A stretch of 64,000 nucleotides of DNA from an uncultured Aquiluna sp. GTDB lineage: Bacteria > Actinomycetota > Actinomycetes > Actinomycetales > Microbacteriaceae. Below the pieces are notes generated by a model, which was not told the DNA's origin, did no database searches, and was given only the letters and a program-made list of their open reading frames with translations. The stretch is taken from NCBI GenBank assembly GCA_913775595.1, contig CAJYLB010000001.1, positions 124,001 through 188,000 on the forward strand, in the 5' to 3' direction. Both the position numbers and the translations under genes were made by a program. This document shows, piece after piece, positions 40,495-50,888 of this stretch. Numbering within the stretch: the first letter of the stretch is position 1; each line of letters starts with the position of its first letter.

Positions 40495-41100
40495 GTGGAC
40501 CTTGGAAACTGGCTGCTCTATGCAGCCGCTGCGCTTGGATTGTCTCTGACGCCTGGCCCCAACGGACTTTTGGCGCTGACCCATGGTGCGCTGTTTGGAG
40601 TTAGACGCACCACAGCCACCATTCTTGGCGGAACCACAGGTTTCTTGTTGGTTATCGCAATGTCCATGTTTGGCATTGGCGCACTCCTTGCCGCATCCAC
40701 TTCGCTGCTGATAATCCTCAAGTGGCTGGGTGGCGCCTACCTGGTTTTTCTGGGAATCCAGGTTTGGCGCTCGCCAGCGCTTGCGGTGTCGAGGTCAGAG
40801 GTCGCGGCTGGAGCGGGCCGGCTGTACCGTGCTGGACTCCTGTCTGCGCTGAGTAACCCAAAGGGCATCTTGTTCTTTGTTGCTTTTTTGCCGCAGTTCA
40901 TTGAGCCAGAAAGGTCTCTGTTGACGCAGTTTGTGATCATGGCCGCCACATTCTTGGTGATTGAGTTTTTCTACGAGTTGATTGTCTCGGCGCTCGCGGA
41001 TCGAATCACGCCCTGGCTTGCGAGAGTAGGGAAAAACTTCAATCGCACATTTGGAGCGGTGTTTATGGCGATAGGGGTCTTGCTGCCGCTTCGCGGCTAG
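40495..41100 (+). CDS. LysE/RhtB-family exporter
   Basis: TPGPN, LKWLGGAYL, NPKGILFF.AFLPQF. Confidence 0.88.
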   Translation: MDLGNWLLYAAAALGLSLTPGPNGLLALTHGALFGVRRTTATILGGTTGFLLVIAMSMFGIGALLAASTSLLIILKWLGGAYLVFLGIQVWRSPALAVSRSEVAAGAGRLYRAGLLSALSNPKGILFFVAFLPQFIEPERSLLTQFVIMAATFLVIEFFYELIVSALADRITPWLARVGKNFNRTFGAVFMAIGVLLPLRG

Positions 41101-41552
41101 AGGCCCAGCTTGCCTCTGAGGAACTCGATGTGACCCTTTGCCTTCACGTTTAGGAACGCGTGGGTCACGTTTCCATCCTCGACCACGAAGGTTGAGCGGA
41201 TGGTCCCCATGTACTCCTTGCCATACATGCTCTTCTTGCCGTAGGCACCATAGGCAGTCTGAACCTCGTTGTCCGGGTCAGACAGGAGTTCAAAATTGAG
41301 GCCCTCTTTCTCCTGGAACTTCTTGAGCTTTGCAGGGGCATCGGGTGAGATGCCTAGCACCGTGTAGCCAGCGGACTTGAGGGAATTAATGTTGTCGCGG
41401 AAGTCACAGGCCTGAGTGGTGCAGCCTGGTGTTGAGGCTGCGGGGTAGAAGTAGACGATTACCTTGCCGGTTTGATCCGAGAGGGAAACCTGCTTCCCAT
41501 CTTGATTTGACAGGGTGAACTGTGGTGCTTTTGATCCAATTTCAACGCTCAT
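41097..41552 (-). CDS. bcp: Bcp/PrxQ peroxiredoxin, two-Cys form
   Basis: YFYPAASTPGCTTQACDFRD. Confidence 0.93.
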   Translation of the reverse strand: MSVEIGSKAPQFTLSNQDGKQVSLSDQTGKVIVYFYPAASTPGCTTQACDFRDNINSLKSAGYTVLGISPDAPAKLKKFQEKEGLNFELLSDPDNEVQTAYGAYGKKSMYGKEYMGTIRSTFVVEDGNVTHAFLNVKAKGHIEFLRGKLGL

Positions 41553-41564
41553 GAAATTGCCAAT

Positions 41565-41732
41565 TCACTTTTTGTCTTCGGTATTCCTCTTGGTCTCGTC
41601 TTTGGGGGCAGCTTTGGTCACGTAGTAGAGCAGTGCAGCGATGCCGGCAATGGTGATTGGCCAGATCAAGAAATCAATTGGCTGACCCTGTGGGATTCTG
41701 TTGATGTTTTCAAAAAGTGCAATTGGTAGCAT
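41565..41732 (-). CDS. 55-aa single-TM small protein (not in ORF track)
   Basis: MLPIALFENINRIPQGQPIDFLIWPITIAGIAALLYYVTKAAPKDETKRNTEDKK; TAGTCT -10 six nt before the ATG. Confidence 0.7.
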   Translation of the reverse strand: MLPIALFENINRIPQGQPIDFLIWPITIAGIAALLYYVTKAAPKDETKRNTEDKK

Positions 41733-41765
41733 CTTCAAAGACTATCGCCGAGAAAGGCTGAATAA

Positions 41766-42368
41766 GTGCTTGCAATCGGCTCCGGGTTCGCTACGGGACT
41801 TTCCCTAATCGTCGCAATCGGAGCCCAGAACGCCTTTGTTCTAAGGCAGGGTCTAACCCGTCAGCATGTGCTCGCGGTCGTGTTGTTTTGTTCGATTTCG
41901 GATGCCCTTCTAATAGTCCTTGGGATGCTCGGGCTTGGCGTTGCCATACTCTCGCTTCCAGTGCTGCTCGAGGCCTTTCGCTTTGCGGGAGCCGCATACT
42001 TGGTTTATTTTGCGATCACCTCATTTCGCAGGGCACTGAGGCCGGAGGCTCTTCAAGCCAGCACCACCAAAGCAGGCTCGCTGGGAGCGGCGATTACTAC
42101 CGCGGCGGCCCTGACATATCTCAACCCCCATGTCTACATAGACACCGTGTTGCTCCTTGGCTCCATTGGTAATCAGTTTGGGGATGATCGCTGGCTCTTT
42201 GCGGCAGGGGCTGCTGCGGGATCGGTCATTTGGTTCTTCTCCCTTGGCTTTGGCGCAAAACTTCTATCTAGGTATGTGACGAAGCCGGCCTTCTGGAAGT
42301 ACCTAGACATTTCAATTGGTTTTGTGATGCTGGGTATAGCAGTGTTGCTGGTGACTTACGACTTCTAG
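41766..42368 (+). CDS. LysE/ArgO amino acid exporter
   Basis: LIVAIGAQNAFVLRQGL, TYLNPHVYIDT. Confidence 0.9.
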   Translation: MLAIGSGFATGLSLIVAIGAQNAFVLRQGLTRQHVLAVVLFCSISDALLIVLGMLGLGVAILSLPVLLEAFRFAGAAYLVYFAITSFRRALRPEALQASTTKAGSLGAAITTAAALTYLNPHVYIDTVLLLGSIGNQFGDDRWLFAAGAAAGSVIWFFSLGFGAKLLSRYVTKPAFWKYLDISIGFVMLGIAVLLVTYDF

Positions 42369-42389
42369 AAAAAAAGCGGGCATAATCAA

Positions 42390-43538
42390 ATGGTGAGTAA
42401 CCCAGCAGACTCCTTTGGCAATTTTGCCGAGCGTTCTTCTTCTAAGTGGTTGAGATTTCCTCCTGATGTGCTTCCTATGCACGTCGCCGAAATGGATTTT
42501 GAGGTTGCTGAGCCAATTCGAAAGACCCTGGCTCGCATGGTCGAGTCCTCAGATCTTGGCTACCTTGGACCGCTCCCCGCACTTGCGGGAGCGTTTGAGT
42601 CTTTCGCAAGTTCCCGCTGGGGCTGGCAGGCAGATGGCAAACAGATCAAGCTCGCAACCGATGTTGGGGTGGCAGCGGTTGAAATTCTCCGTGCCGTAAC
42701 TGTTCCGGGGGATAAGGTCCTAATTAACTCTCCCGTCTATTCCGCTTTCTTCAAGTGGATCGAGGAGGTCGGCGCACATCCGGTAGATGCGCCATTGGTA
42801 CTCGATAGTGGCACGTGGCGACTTGACCTTGGAGCAATCGAGACGGCCTTCAAAGAAGGCACCAAGGTCTACCTGCTCTGTTCTCCTCAGAATCCGGTTG
42901 GCAGGGTTCACACCGCACAGGAGCTAACGGAGATAGCCAAGCTAGCCAAGCAGTATTCGGTGTTGGTAATTGCAGATGAGATTCACGCACCACTTAGCTG
43001 GGTTCCCTTTACCCCCTACCTCTCACTTGGACCGGAGGCCGAAGAGACGGGTGTGGTGATTACCTCCAGCTCTAAGGCATGGAATACCGCCGGCCTAAAG
43101 GCAGGCCTCCTCATTACTCAGTCCGATGCGGCAAGAAAACGGTTAGCAAGATTGCCTGAGGCGATGAATTGGCGAGCCTCCCTCCTCGGCGCGCATGCCA
43201 TGGTCTCCGCATACAGCGAGGGCACCCCTTGGCTCGAAGACACGGTTTTGCAGATCCAGGAAAACTTAGAGCACCTCCAAAAAGAAGTAGCAACGATGCT
43301 TCCGAAAGCTCAGCTATTCAGCATGGAAGCTACCTATTTGGCATGGATAGATCTTGGCGCCTACGGTGTCGAGAACTTGCAGGCAGAGATTCTGAACCAA
43401 GCCAGAGTGGGAGTTGTTTCAGGGAGCGATCACTCCCACCGAGGCGACTATGCCGGCTACATCAGGTTTAATTTCGCCACGAGCAAACCGCGAATCACGG
43501 AGGCCGTAAGAAGAATTGCGGGTCTGCTAGAAGGCTAG
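42390..43538 (+). CDS. MalY/PatB PLP-dependent cystathionine beta-lyase-like enzyme
   Basis: VAEMDF, LCSPQNP.G, ADEIH, SSSKAWN, TYLAW.D, RFNFA. Confidence 0.88.
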   Translation: MVSNPADSFGNFAERSSSKWLRFPPDVLPMHVAEMDFEVAEPIRKTLARMVESSDLGYLGPLPALAGAFESFASSRWGWQADGKQIKLATDVGVAAVEILRAVTVPGDKVLINSPVYSAFFKWIEEVGAHPVDAPLVLDSGTWRLDLGAIETAFKEGTKVYLLCSPQNPVGRVHTAQELTEIAKLAKQYSVLVIADEIHAPLSWVPFTPYLSLGPEAEETGVVITSSSKAWNTAGLKAGLLITQSDAARKRLARLPEAMNWRASLLGAHAMVSAYSEGTPWLEDTVLQIQENLEHLQKEVATMLPKAQLFSMEATYLAWIDLGAYGVENLQAEILNQARVGVVSGSDHSHRGDYAGYIRFNFATSKPRITEAVRRIAGLLEG

Positions 43539-44738
43539 CTCTAAGTCGGTAATTAGATCCTCAGGGTGCTCGAGGCCAATAGATATTCGCACCACACCAG
43601 CAGTGATGCCCATTCGCTCCCTTATCTCTTCGCCGAGGCGATGGTGGGTTGTGCTTGCTGGGTGTGTGGCGAGGGACCTGGCATCACCAAGATTGTTTGA
43701 GATGTCAATCAGCTCTAGTCGGTTCAGGAAATCAAACGCGGCACTCTTGCTGCCTAGATCTAGACAGATTGTCGAACCGCCCTGGGTCATCTGCTTCCGC
43801 GCAAGCTCACTCTGGGGGTGGGAGTCGAGAAACGGGTAACGAGTAGCCACTCCCTGCCCCTCAAGCTTTTCCGCAATCTGGTGAGCGGAGGAGCACATCT
43901 GAGAGACCCTCATTGGCAGGGTCTCGAGGGACTTCAAAAGCACCCAGGCATTGAAGGGACTCAGCGCAGGTCCGGTATGGCGAGCAAACGGCCTGAGGGT
44001 TCCTCGCATGAACTCACTGGAGCCGATAACGGCGCCTCCTAGCACCCTGCCTTGCCCGTCGACGTGCTTGGTGAGGGAATACATGACAAGGTCAGCACCA
44101 AGCTCGAGTGGTCGCTGCGAAAGCGGTGAAGCCATGACGTTGTCGACGATCACGGTAGCCCCTGCCTCGTGCGCGAGCTCACTCACGAGTTTGATATCGA
44201 CAATGTCCAACATGGGGTTACTTGGACTCTCGAGAAAGACCAGTTTGGCGCCAGGCTTTAGAGCACTGCGCCAGGCCTCCTCGGAGTTGTCTGGTGTGAC
44301 AACGACCTCGATACCCCACCGGGGCAAGATCTCGTTGAGAACCACGTAGCAGGAAGAAAACATGCCCGGTGATGAAACCACTCGGTCACCAGCAGTTAGG
44401 GCCGATGCAACAGCAGAGAACATTGCTGCCATTCCAGAGGCAAATCCAATGGCAGCCTCCCCGCCTTCCATAATGGCAAGCCGATCCTCGAGCATCTTGA
44501 CCGTAGGGTTTGAAAACCTGCTGTAGACGTGGTGCTCTTGCTGCTCGGCAAAGCTGGCCGCTGCAGCCTCAGCCGAGTCGTAGGTGAATCCGGAGTTTAG
44601 AAATAGTGCTTCCGAGGTTTCTTGGAAGCTTGTTCGGGTGAGCGCCCCCCTCACAGCCAGAGTCTCGGGCCGAAACTCACGCTTGCTCGGTTTCGCCTCG
44701 CCTCCTGTGTACCCCCAGGGCTTTTCTCTGCTTGTCAT
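43527..44738 (-). CDS. metZ: O-succinylhomoserine sulfhydrylase
   Basis: ETSEALFLNSGF, YSRFSNPT, SLTKHVDGQGRVLGG, ISNNLGD. Confidence 0.9.
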   Translation of the reverse strand: MTSREKPWGYTGGEAKPSKREFRPETLAVRGALTRTSFQETSEALFLNSGFTYDSAEAAAASFAEQQEHHVYSRFSNPTVKMLEDRLAIMEGGEAAIGFASGMAAMFSAVASALTAGDRVVSSPGMFSSCYVVLNEILPRWGIEVVVTPDNSEEAWRSALKPGAKLVFLESPSNPMLDIVDIKLVSELAHEAGATVIVDNVMASPLSQRPLELGADLVMYSLTKHVDGQGRVLGGAVIGSSEFMRGTLRPFARHTGPALSPFNAWVLLKSLETLPMRVSQMCSSAHQIAEKLEGQGVATRYPFLDSHPQSELARKQMTQGGSTICLDLGSKSAAFDFLNRLELIDISNNLGDARSLATHPASTTHHRLGEEIRERMGITAGVVRISIGLEHPEDLITDLELAF

Positions 44739-44777
44739 TGGCTAAAAACATAGTGCCTCGGACCTAGGGTTGCCCTT

Positions 44778-45230
44778 ATGAGTCCTCAAGTCATTGATCT
44801 TGCGCATCGGCTGTTTGCTTTGCATGGGCTTGCAAACTACAGTTTCGGCTTTGATCGAGCGGTGCGGAGAGCCGGACAGTGTGACTTTCGAGCTCGGAGA
44901 ATCACCATCAGCAAACACCTGGTGAAAAACTCCTCCTTGGATCAGATTGAACAGGTCATTCTCCACGAGATTGCCCACGCTCTTGTTGGTAAGGACGCCG
45001 GTCATTCAAAGGTATGGAGGGCCAAGGCCAAAGACATCGGCTATCGCTTCGAAAAGGTTGACTGGCAGGCCATGGCCTCTGATGTGACTGGCTATTTGGG
45101 CCTCTGTCCGAGCGGTCACGAGCACTTTCGCATCAGAAAACCCAGTGGTCCGAGAAGCTGCAGAAAGTGCGCGGGGCGTTATGACCCGCGCTATCTGATC
45201 TCTTGGAGGCTAACTGGGCCCGATAAGTAG
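44778..45230 (+). CDS. SprT-like zinc metalloprotease domain protein
   Basis: RRAGQC, HEIAHA, C-terminal C..H / CxxC. Confidence 0.85.
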   Translation: MSPQVIDLAHRLFALHGLANYSFGFDRAVRRAGQCDFRARRITISKHLVKNSSLDQIEQVILHEIAHALVGKDAGHSKVWRAKAKDIGYRFEKVDWQAMASDVTGYLGLCPSGHEHFRIRKPSGPRSCRKCAGRYDPRYLISWRLTGPDK

Positions 45231-46070
45231 GGCCATAATCCAGGCGCCAGCGAGGAAGTTAAGCAAGAGAAACCGCCGCCAACCACGGTTTGCCTGCTCG
45301 CAGGTTTCATCCGTGATGCCAAGCTGCGGACCAACCACGACCAAATAGGGCAGAGCCGCAAACGATGCTTGCCAAAAGCGATCTGGAAGAGCAAGCAACA
45401 TGAGCCCAGCTACTAGATAAAGGGCAACTGCCAGCCGAACCGTATTTCTTGCACCCAAGCTGGTTGCCACCGACGCAATTCCTGCCTCCCTGTCCGCCCG
45501 GATGTCCTGAACCGCCCCGAACGCATGAGAAGCACCACCCCATAGAAAAAAGGCAGCGGTTGCCAGAAGCAGGCTCGTACCAAGCTCAGCCCCCGCCAAG
45601 AGCAGGCCAAAGAGCATCGGCCCAACAAAGTGGGTAGAGCTAGTGATTGAATCCAGAAAAGGAACCTCTTTGAATCTGAGGCCCTTCACCGAATAAGCGA
45701 TTACGGCAAAGATGGTGATTAGCAGCACCGCCAAGGCAGCGAGATTCTCAAGGCTCACCCAAACCGCATAGGCAACAAAGGGAGCCGCAAGCCCAAAAGC
45801 CCACAGCAGAGTTTTGCGGTGAAGCTCGGGCGCTAAAAGCGCCCCTTCGATGCCGCCCTTGCGAGGATTGCGGAGGTCACTCTCATAATCAAATACGTCG
45901 TTTATCCCATACATCAAAAGGTTGTAGGGGATAAGAAAGAAAAGTGTGAGAACGATGAGCTCAACGCCAATTTCTCCGCCCGCAAAGAAATACGCTGCTG
46001 CGAAGGGAACGGCAGTGTTCACCCATGAGATTGGCCTAGATGACCAAAACAGGCTCTTGAGTGCCGTCAT
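45210..46070 (-). CDS. crtEb: Lycopene elongase (UbiA-family prenyltransferase)
   Basis: SSRPISWVNT, YGINDVFDYESDLRNPRKGG, VQDIRADREAG; last gene of crt operon. Confidence 0.9.
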   Translation of the reverse strand: MTALKSLFWSSRPISWVNTAVPFAAAYFFAGGEIGVELIVLTLFFLIPYNLLMYGINDVFDYESDLRNPRKGGIEGALLAPELHRKTLLWAFGLAAPFVAYAVWVSLENLAALAVLLITIFAVIAYSVKGLRFKEVPFLDSITSSTHFVGPMLFGLLLAGAELGTSLLLATAAFFLWGGASHAFGAVQDIRADREAGIASVATSLGARNTVRLAVALYLVAGLMLLALPDRFWQASFAALPYLVVVGPQLGITDETCEQANRGWRRFLLLNFLAGAWIMALLIGPS

Positions 46071-46354
46071 AACTTGCTCCGTAAGAAATTAAACAAAGAC
46101 GGCACAAGTACAAGCGCAACAAGGGTGTAGGCGAAGTCTTCTATCGGAGCAAAGCCCAGGCGAATGCCGGAAATCTTCTCTGGGTCGTAGTCAACGATTC
46201 CGGTCCCGATGATGACATTGTCAAAAACCAAAGTCAGCGTCAGCATCACAATTGCAGCCCCAATCAAGGGCTTTACGGGCAGCCACTTACGCATCAAAAG
46301 TGCGTAAATTGCAAATATCCCTAACACGATGGCGGTCAGCAGCAAATAGGTCAC
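46067..46354 (-). CDS. crtYf: C50 carotenoid cyclase small subunit (CrtYf-like)
   Basis: LTLVFDNVII, APIEDFAY. Confidence 0.8.
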   Translation of the reverse strand: MTYLLLTAIVLGIFAIYALLMRKWLPVKPLIGAAIVMLTLTLVFDNVIIGTGIVDYDPEKISGIRLGFAPIEDFAYTLVALVLVPSLFNFLRSKL

Positions 46355-46677
46355 TTGGCAAACCTCCTGGCGAAGCCGAGGTAGACCAAGAGGGTGTTGT
46401 AGCTAAGCAGTATCAGAAAGAACAGTTCCTCCAAGGGCAGCTCTGGAGCCAAGAGCAACCCCGATAAGTGAGGGGCATCTCCGCGAAAGAAGATGCCAAG
46501 AGCAATGCCGACTAGATCCCACGCTAGAAACACCGCCACGGCCGTAGCTACCGAGAGGATGGTTGCCCTTGGGCTAACAAAAAGTGCGAGTTTGTGCCGA
46601 CGATCAATTGCCCCCAGGCCCGCAATTGAAATTAGGAGCAGGGTTAGGTACACAAAAGGGACGAGCTCGGTCATCAC
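46351..46677 (-). CDS. crtYe: C50 carotenoid cyclase small subunit (CrtYe-like)
   Basis: IDRRHKLALF, FLAWDLVGI..GIF, LPLEELFF. Confidence 0.8.
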   Translation of the reverse strand: MMTELVPFVYLTLLLISIAGLGAIDRRHKLALFVSPRATILSVATAVAVFLAWDLVGIALGIFFRGDAPHLSGLLLAPELPLEELFFLILLSYNTLLVYLGFARRFAK

Positions 46678-48251
46678 TGAAGACCCTTGAACGTCCTAAC
46701 TGGCTTGAGCTCACCCTTGATGGGGCCGCTCGAACGGTCGTTTGTAAGGTGCTTGTAGACCAGCTCGGCTCCGATTAGACACATTGGCAATCCAATGCCG
46801 GGCAGTGTGTTTTGGCCGGCGTAGTAAAGGTTCTTCAGCTTCTTTGAAAAGTTCTTTGGCCTGAAAAACGCGCTTTGCATGAGCGTGTGTGCCATGCCTA
46901 ACGCCGTCCCGCTCCAGGCGTTGAACTCATTCACAAAGTCATTTGGACCAACGGTCCGGCGAACAACGATCCGGTCCTTGAGGTCAGGGATCTCACACCA
47001 CTGGGAAATCTGCTCAATGACCCTGTCCGCGGCAGCCTCAATGGCGGGGTCTCCCGTTCCTCCGATTCCCCCGGTCCCAATCGAAGGGTCAGCCGCTGTT
47101 GGCACCAGCACGAAGACATTCTCATGACCTTCAGGGGCAACAGAGCTGTCGGTCTTTGACGGCATGCAGATGTAAAGCGATGCCGGGTCTGGGACTTTGC
47201 GCTTACCGTCTGCTTTGTGGAATACCTCGGCGAAGTTTCCCTTCCAGTCGGAGGTGTAGAGCAGCGAGTGATGATCGAGCTGATCGATTTTTCCCCGTAT
47301 GCCCAGGTAGAGAAGCAGTGCGGAGGGGCCAGGCACCTTTTTCTCCCACCAAGATTGCGGGTAAGTCTGGTGGCTCGGCTCCAGCAGTTTGGTTTCAACG
47401 TGCTGAAGGTCCGCGGTTGCCACCACGACGTCGGCAGAAATCTCCACCTCTCCAACCTTGACGCCAGTCGCCCTGCCACCATCGGTCAGGATCTGCGAAA
47501 CCGGGGAAGAGGTGTGAATCTCGACACCTTCCTGCCTTGCCAATCTTGCTATGGCCTCAATCACGGTGTGCATGCCACCGTTTGGATAGAAGACTCCCTG
47601 CTTCATATCGACATGGGTCATCAGGTGATACATGCTTGGGGTGTCATACGGGGAGGCTCCCAAAAAGACGGCAGGGAAGTTGAGCATCTTCTTTAGGCGC
47701 TCATCTTTCACGTACTTGCCAGAGAAGTCATAGAGCGAGGTGGTCAGAAGCTTTAGGAAACGGCCAAGTTTCTTGAGAACATCAGGGTGGAAGAAACTTC
47801 TCGGGTCTCGGAAGTTTGTGTATAGGAAGTGCTTGATTGAGAGGTCGTAGGCTTCCTCGGCGCTCGCCAGATATCTCTCGAGGGCTTTGCCTGCTCCAGG
47901 CTCCATCTCATCAAAAAGCTTTTTGATTTCATCGAGATCCTCGGGCATCTCAATGCGGTCACCAAGCCCTTCGTTGCGAGTCTGGTAGGCGGGTGTGAGC
48001 CGAACGAGATCCAACTCCTTGTCCGCTGTGGTGCCCATGAGTTTGAAGAACTGCTCGAAGGCATCGGGCATGAGATACCAGCTAGGTCCCATGTCAAAGC
48101 GGAAGCCATCCTTTTCCCAAAGGTATGCACGACCCCCAAGCGAGTCTCTAGATTCAAAGAGCTTCACATCCATCCCGGCCTTGGCGAGCAGTGCACTCGT
48201 GGCAAGTCCAGCTATACCGCCGCCGACTACAACCGCGGACTTTTTGCTCAT
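46674..48251 (-). CDS. crtI: Phytoene desaturase
   Basis: GGGIAGLA, GFRFDMGPSWYLMP, PGIGLPMCLI. Confidence 0.95.
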   Translation of the reverse strand: MSKKSAVVVGGGIAGLATSALLAKAGMDVKLFESRDSLGGRAYLWEKDGFRFDMGPSWYLMPDAFEQFFKLMGTTADKELDLVRLTPAYQTRNEGLGDRIEMPEDLDEIKKLFDEMEPGAGKALERYLASAEEAYDLSIKHFLYTNFRDPRSFFHPDVLKKLGRFLKLLTTSLYDFSGKYVKDERLKKMLNFPAVFLGASPYDTPSMYHLMTHVDMKQGVFYPNGGMHTVIEAIARLARQEGVEIHTSSPVSQILTDGGRATGVKVGEVEISADVVVATADLQHVETKLLEPSHQTYPQSWWEKKVPGPSALLLYLGIRGKIDQLDHHSLLYTSDWKGNFAEVFHKADGKRKVPDPASLYICMPSKTDSSVAPEGHENVFVLVPTAADPSIGTGGIGGTGDPAIEAAADRVIEQISQWCEIPDLKDRIVVRRTVGPNDFVNEFNAWSGTALGMAHTLMQSAFFRPKNFSKKLKNLYYAGQNTLPGIGLPMCLIGAELVYKHLTNDRSSGPIKGELKPVRTFKGLQ

Positions 48252-49138
48252 GCTTTTCCTCCGACTGCTCGAGCCAACAGCACGAGCTTCCGGCTATTAC
48301 CAACAGAGATGCGACGGGTTTTTAGTTCCGAAGCGGGTGTTTTCGAAATCTTTTGATTCAGCTCCTGGAACAGAAGTTGAGCTGCTGCCACTGCTCTTCG
48401 TGCGCCAAGGGGAAGCAGCGGCAGTGACTTTGAGCTGAGAGCAAGATCCGCCTCGATGTCAGCCACAAGTCTTTCCTTGGTTTTCTCGTCAAAATTTTCC
48501 ACGCTGACTCCAGGAAAGTAGCTTCGTCCGAGACGGTCAAAGTCAGCAGCAAGATCTCTAAGGAAGTTGACCTTCTGGAAAGCTGCACCGAGAGCTCTAG
48601 CGCCACTTACCAGTGTCTTTTTTTCCTCTTTGGAGAAGTCCCTGCCATGGACAAAGACAGCAAGACACATCAAGCCAACAACCTCTGCCGAGCCATAGAC
48701 ATAGGTGTCGAAAGAGGCCTGATCATGCTGCTTCTCCGTCAGATCCATGCGCATCGAAACGAAAAATGGCTCGACAATGTCTCGCTTGATGCCAACCAGT
48801 CTCGCCGTCTGGGCGAAGGCATGGAGAATCAGATTTGTGGAGTAGCCAAGCTCCATGGCTCTGTATGTCTCGTTTTCAAACTCGGTGAGCATCTGATTCG
48901 GGTCGACGCTGTTTTCTGCAACCTGTGCCTCGGCGGCGGAACCGTCAACGATTTCGTCTGCGACACGAACCATTGCGTAAATGTTCTCTACGTGACCACG
49001 AAATTGCTTAGCCAGGAGTCTTGTCGCCAGGCCAAATGAGGTCGAGTAGGAGTAGATGACCTCCTTAGCCGCTGCGTGTGAGGCACGGCTGTACAGGTCG
49101 AGACCAGTTGGCACCTTGGTGGTGTCTTGGGATTCCAC
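48248..49138 (-). CDS. crtB: Phytoene synthase
   Basis: [35 protein letters not shown]. Confidence 0.93.
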   Translation of the reverse strand: MESQDTTKVPTGLDLYSRASHAAAKEVIYSYSTSFGLATRLLAKQFRGHVENIYAMVRVADEIVDGSAAEAQVAENSVDPNQMLTEFENETYRAMELGYSTNLILHAFAQTARLVGIKRDIVEPFFVSMRMDLTEKQHDQASFDTYVYGSAEVVGLMCLAVFVHGRDFSKEEKKTLVSGARALGAAFQKVNFLRDLAADFDRLGRSYFPGVSVENFDEKTKERLVADIEADLALSSKSLPLLPLGARRAVAAAQLLFQELNQKISKTPASELKTRRISVGNSRKLVLLARAVGGKA

Positions 49139-49177
49139 GACTTCAGGCTACCTCCTTATGAACGTAAGATTGAGCCC

Positions 49178-50869
49178 ATGACTAACCAGATGAAGCCGAG
49201 AAGCCACGTTGTCACCGACGGCCTAGAGCGCGCTGCTGCTAGGGGCATGCTGCGCGCAGTTGGAATGGGAGATGAGGACTGGGTAAAGCCTCAGATAGGT
49301 GTGGCTTCGTCATGGAATGAGGTCACCCCTTGCAATTTGTCGCTAGATCGGCTTGCAGATGCCGCGAAGCAGGGTGTGCACGCCTCCGGTGGTTACCCAC
49401 TCGAGTTCGGCACAATTTCAGTCTCTGACGGCATCTCAATGGGCCATGAGGGAATGCATTTTTCGCTGGTCTCTCGCGAGGTCATTGCCGATTCGGTCGA
49501 GACCGTAATGGAGGCAGAGCGGCTAGATGGTGCAGTTCTTCTGGCCGGCTGTGACAAGTCTCTTCCGGGCATGATGATGGCAGCCGCGCGCCTTGATGTC
49601 TCGGCAGTCTTTCTCTATGCGGGTTCGATCGCCCCAGGATGGGTAAAGCTCTCGGACGGGACCGAGAAGCAGGTCACAATCATTGACGCCTTCGAGGCCG
49701 TTGGTGCGTGCAAAGCAGGCAAGATGAGCCAGGAAGATGTTGACCGCATCGAGAGGGCAATCTGTCCTGGCGAGGGCGCATGTGGCGGTATGTACACCGC
49801 TAACACAATGGCTTCAATTGGCGAGGCTCTCGGACTTTCGCTTCCGGGCAGCGCAGCCCCTCCCTCTGCTGACCGCAGGCGCGACACCTGGGCCCACCGA
49901 AGCGGCGAAGCAGTGGTGAACCTTATTTCGAAGGGCATTACCGCAAGAGACATTTTGACCAAGGAGGCATTTGAGAATGCCATTGCTGTTCTCATGGCCT
50001 TTGGTGGCTCAACAAACGCAGTTCTGCACCTTCTAGCAATTGCTCGCGAGGCAGAGGTAGATCTCAAGTTGGAGGACTTCAACAGGATTGCCGACAAGGT
50101 CCCACACCTAGGAGACCTGAAGCCATTTGGCCAGTTTGTAATGAACGATGTCGACAGGGTTGGCGGCGTACCAGTTGTGATGAAGGCCCTACTGGATGCT
50201 GGTCTCATGCACGGTGATGTGATGACAGCAACCGGCAAGACGCTCAAAGAAAACCTTGCTGACATCAACCCTCCTGACCCGGACGGCAAGATCATCCGCG
50301 CGATGAACAACCCGATTCATGCCGATGGAGGAATTTCTATTCTTCGCGGCACCATCGCTCCCGATGGTGCTGTTGTGAAGACCGCAGGTTTTGACCTAGA
50401 GAAATTTGAGGGACCTGCAAAGGTCTTCGAGCGTGAGGCTGCAGCCATGGAGGCCCTGACCAAGGGCGAGATCAAGGCCGGAGATGTTGTTGTCATTCGC
50501 TACGAGGGACCCAAGGGAGGCCCCGGAATGCGCGAGATGCTGGCAATCACGGGCGCAATCAAGGGTGCGGGATTGGGCAAAGATGTCCTACTATTGACGG
50601 ACGGCAGATTCTCGGGCGGCACAACCGGCCTTTGCATCGGCCACATTGCCCCAGAGGCCACCGACGGTGGGCCAATTGCTCTGGTTCGCGATGGAGACTT
50701 GATTCGAGTCGATGTTGCAGCTCGATCGCTTGACTTACTGGTCGACGATGAGGAGCTGGCTGCGAGGAAGCAGCAGTGGCAGCCACTGCCACCGCGCTAC
50801 ACCCGCGGCGTTCTAGCGAAATACACCAAGCTGGTGCACTCGGCCTCCGAGGGCGCCTACTGCGGCTAA
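49178..50869 (+). CDS. ilvD: Dihydroxy-acid dehydratase
   Basis: [32 protein letters not shown]; start set at ATG 49178. Confidence 0.97.
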   Translation: MTNQMKPRSHVVTDGLERAAARGMLRAVGMGDEDWVKPQIGVASSWNEVTPCNLSLDRLADAAKQGVHASGGYPLEFGTISVSDGISMGHEGMHFSLVSREVIADSVETVMEAERLDGAVLLAGCDKSLPGMMMAAARLDVSAVFLYAGSIAPGWVKLSDGTEKQVTIIDAFEAVGACKAGKMSQEDVDRIERAICPGEGACGGMYTANTMASIGEALGLSLPGSAAPPSADRRRDTWAHRSGEAVVNLISKGITARDILTKEAFENAIAVLMAFGGSTNAVLHLLAIAREAEVDLKLEDFNRIADKVPHLGDLKPFGQFVMNDVDRVGGVPVVMKALLDAGLMHGDVMTATGKTLKENLADINPPDPDGKIIRAMNNPIHADGGISILRGTIAPDGAVVKTAGFDLEKFEGPAKVFEREAAAMEALTKGEIKAGDVVVIRYEGPKGGPGMREMLAITGAIKGAGLGKDVLLLTDGRFSGGTTGLCIGHIAPEATDGGPIALVRDGDLIRVDVAARSLDLLVDDEELAARKQQWQPLPPRYTRGVLAKYTKLVHSASEGAYCG

Positions 50870-50888
50870 TTAGATTTTTGGAGATTCG

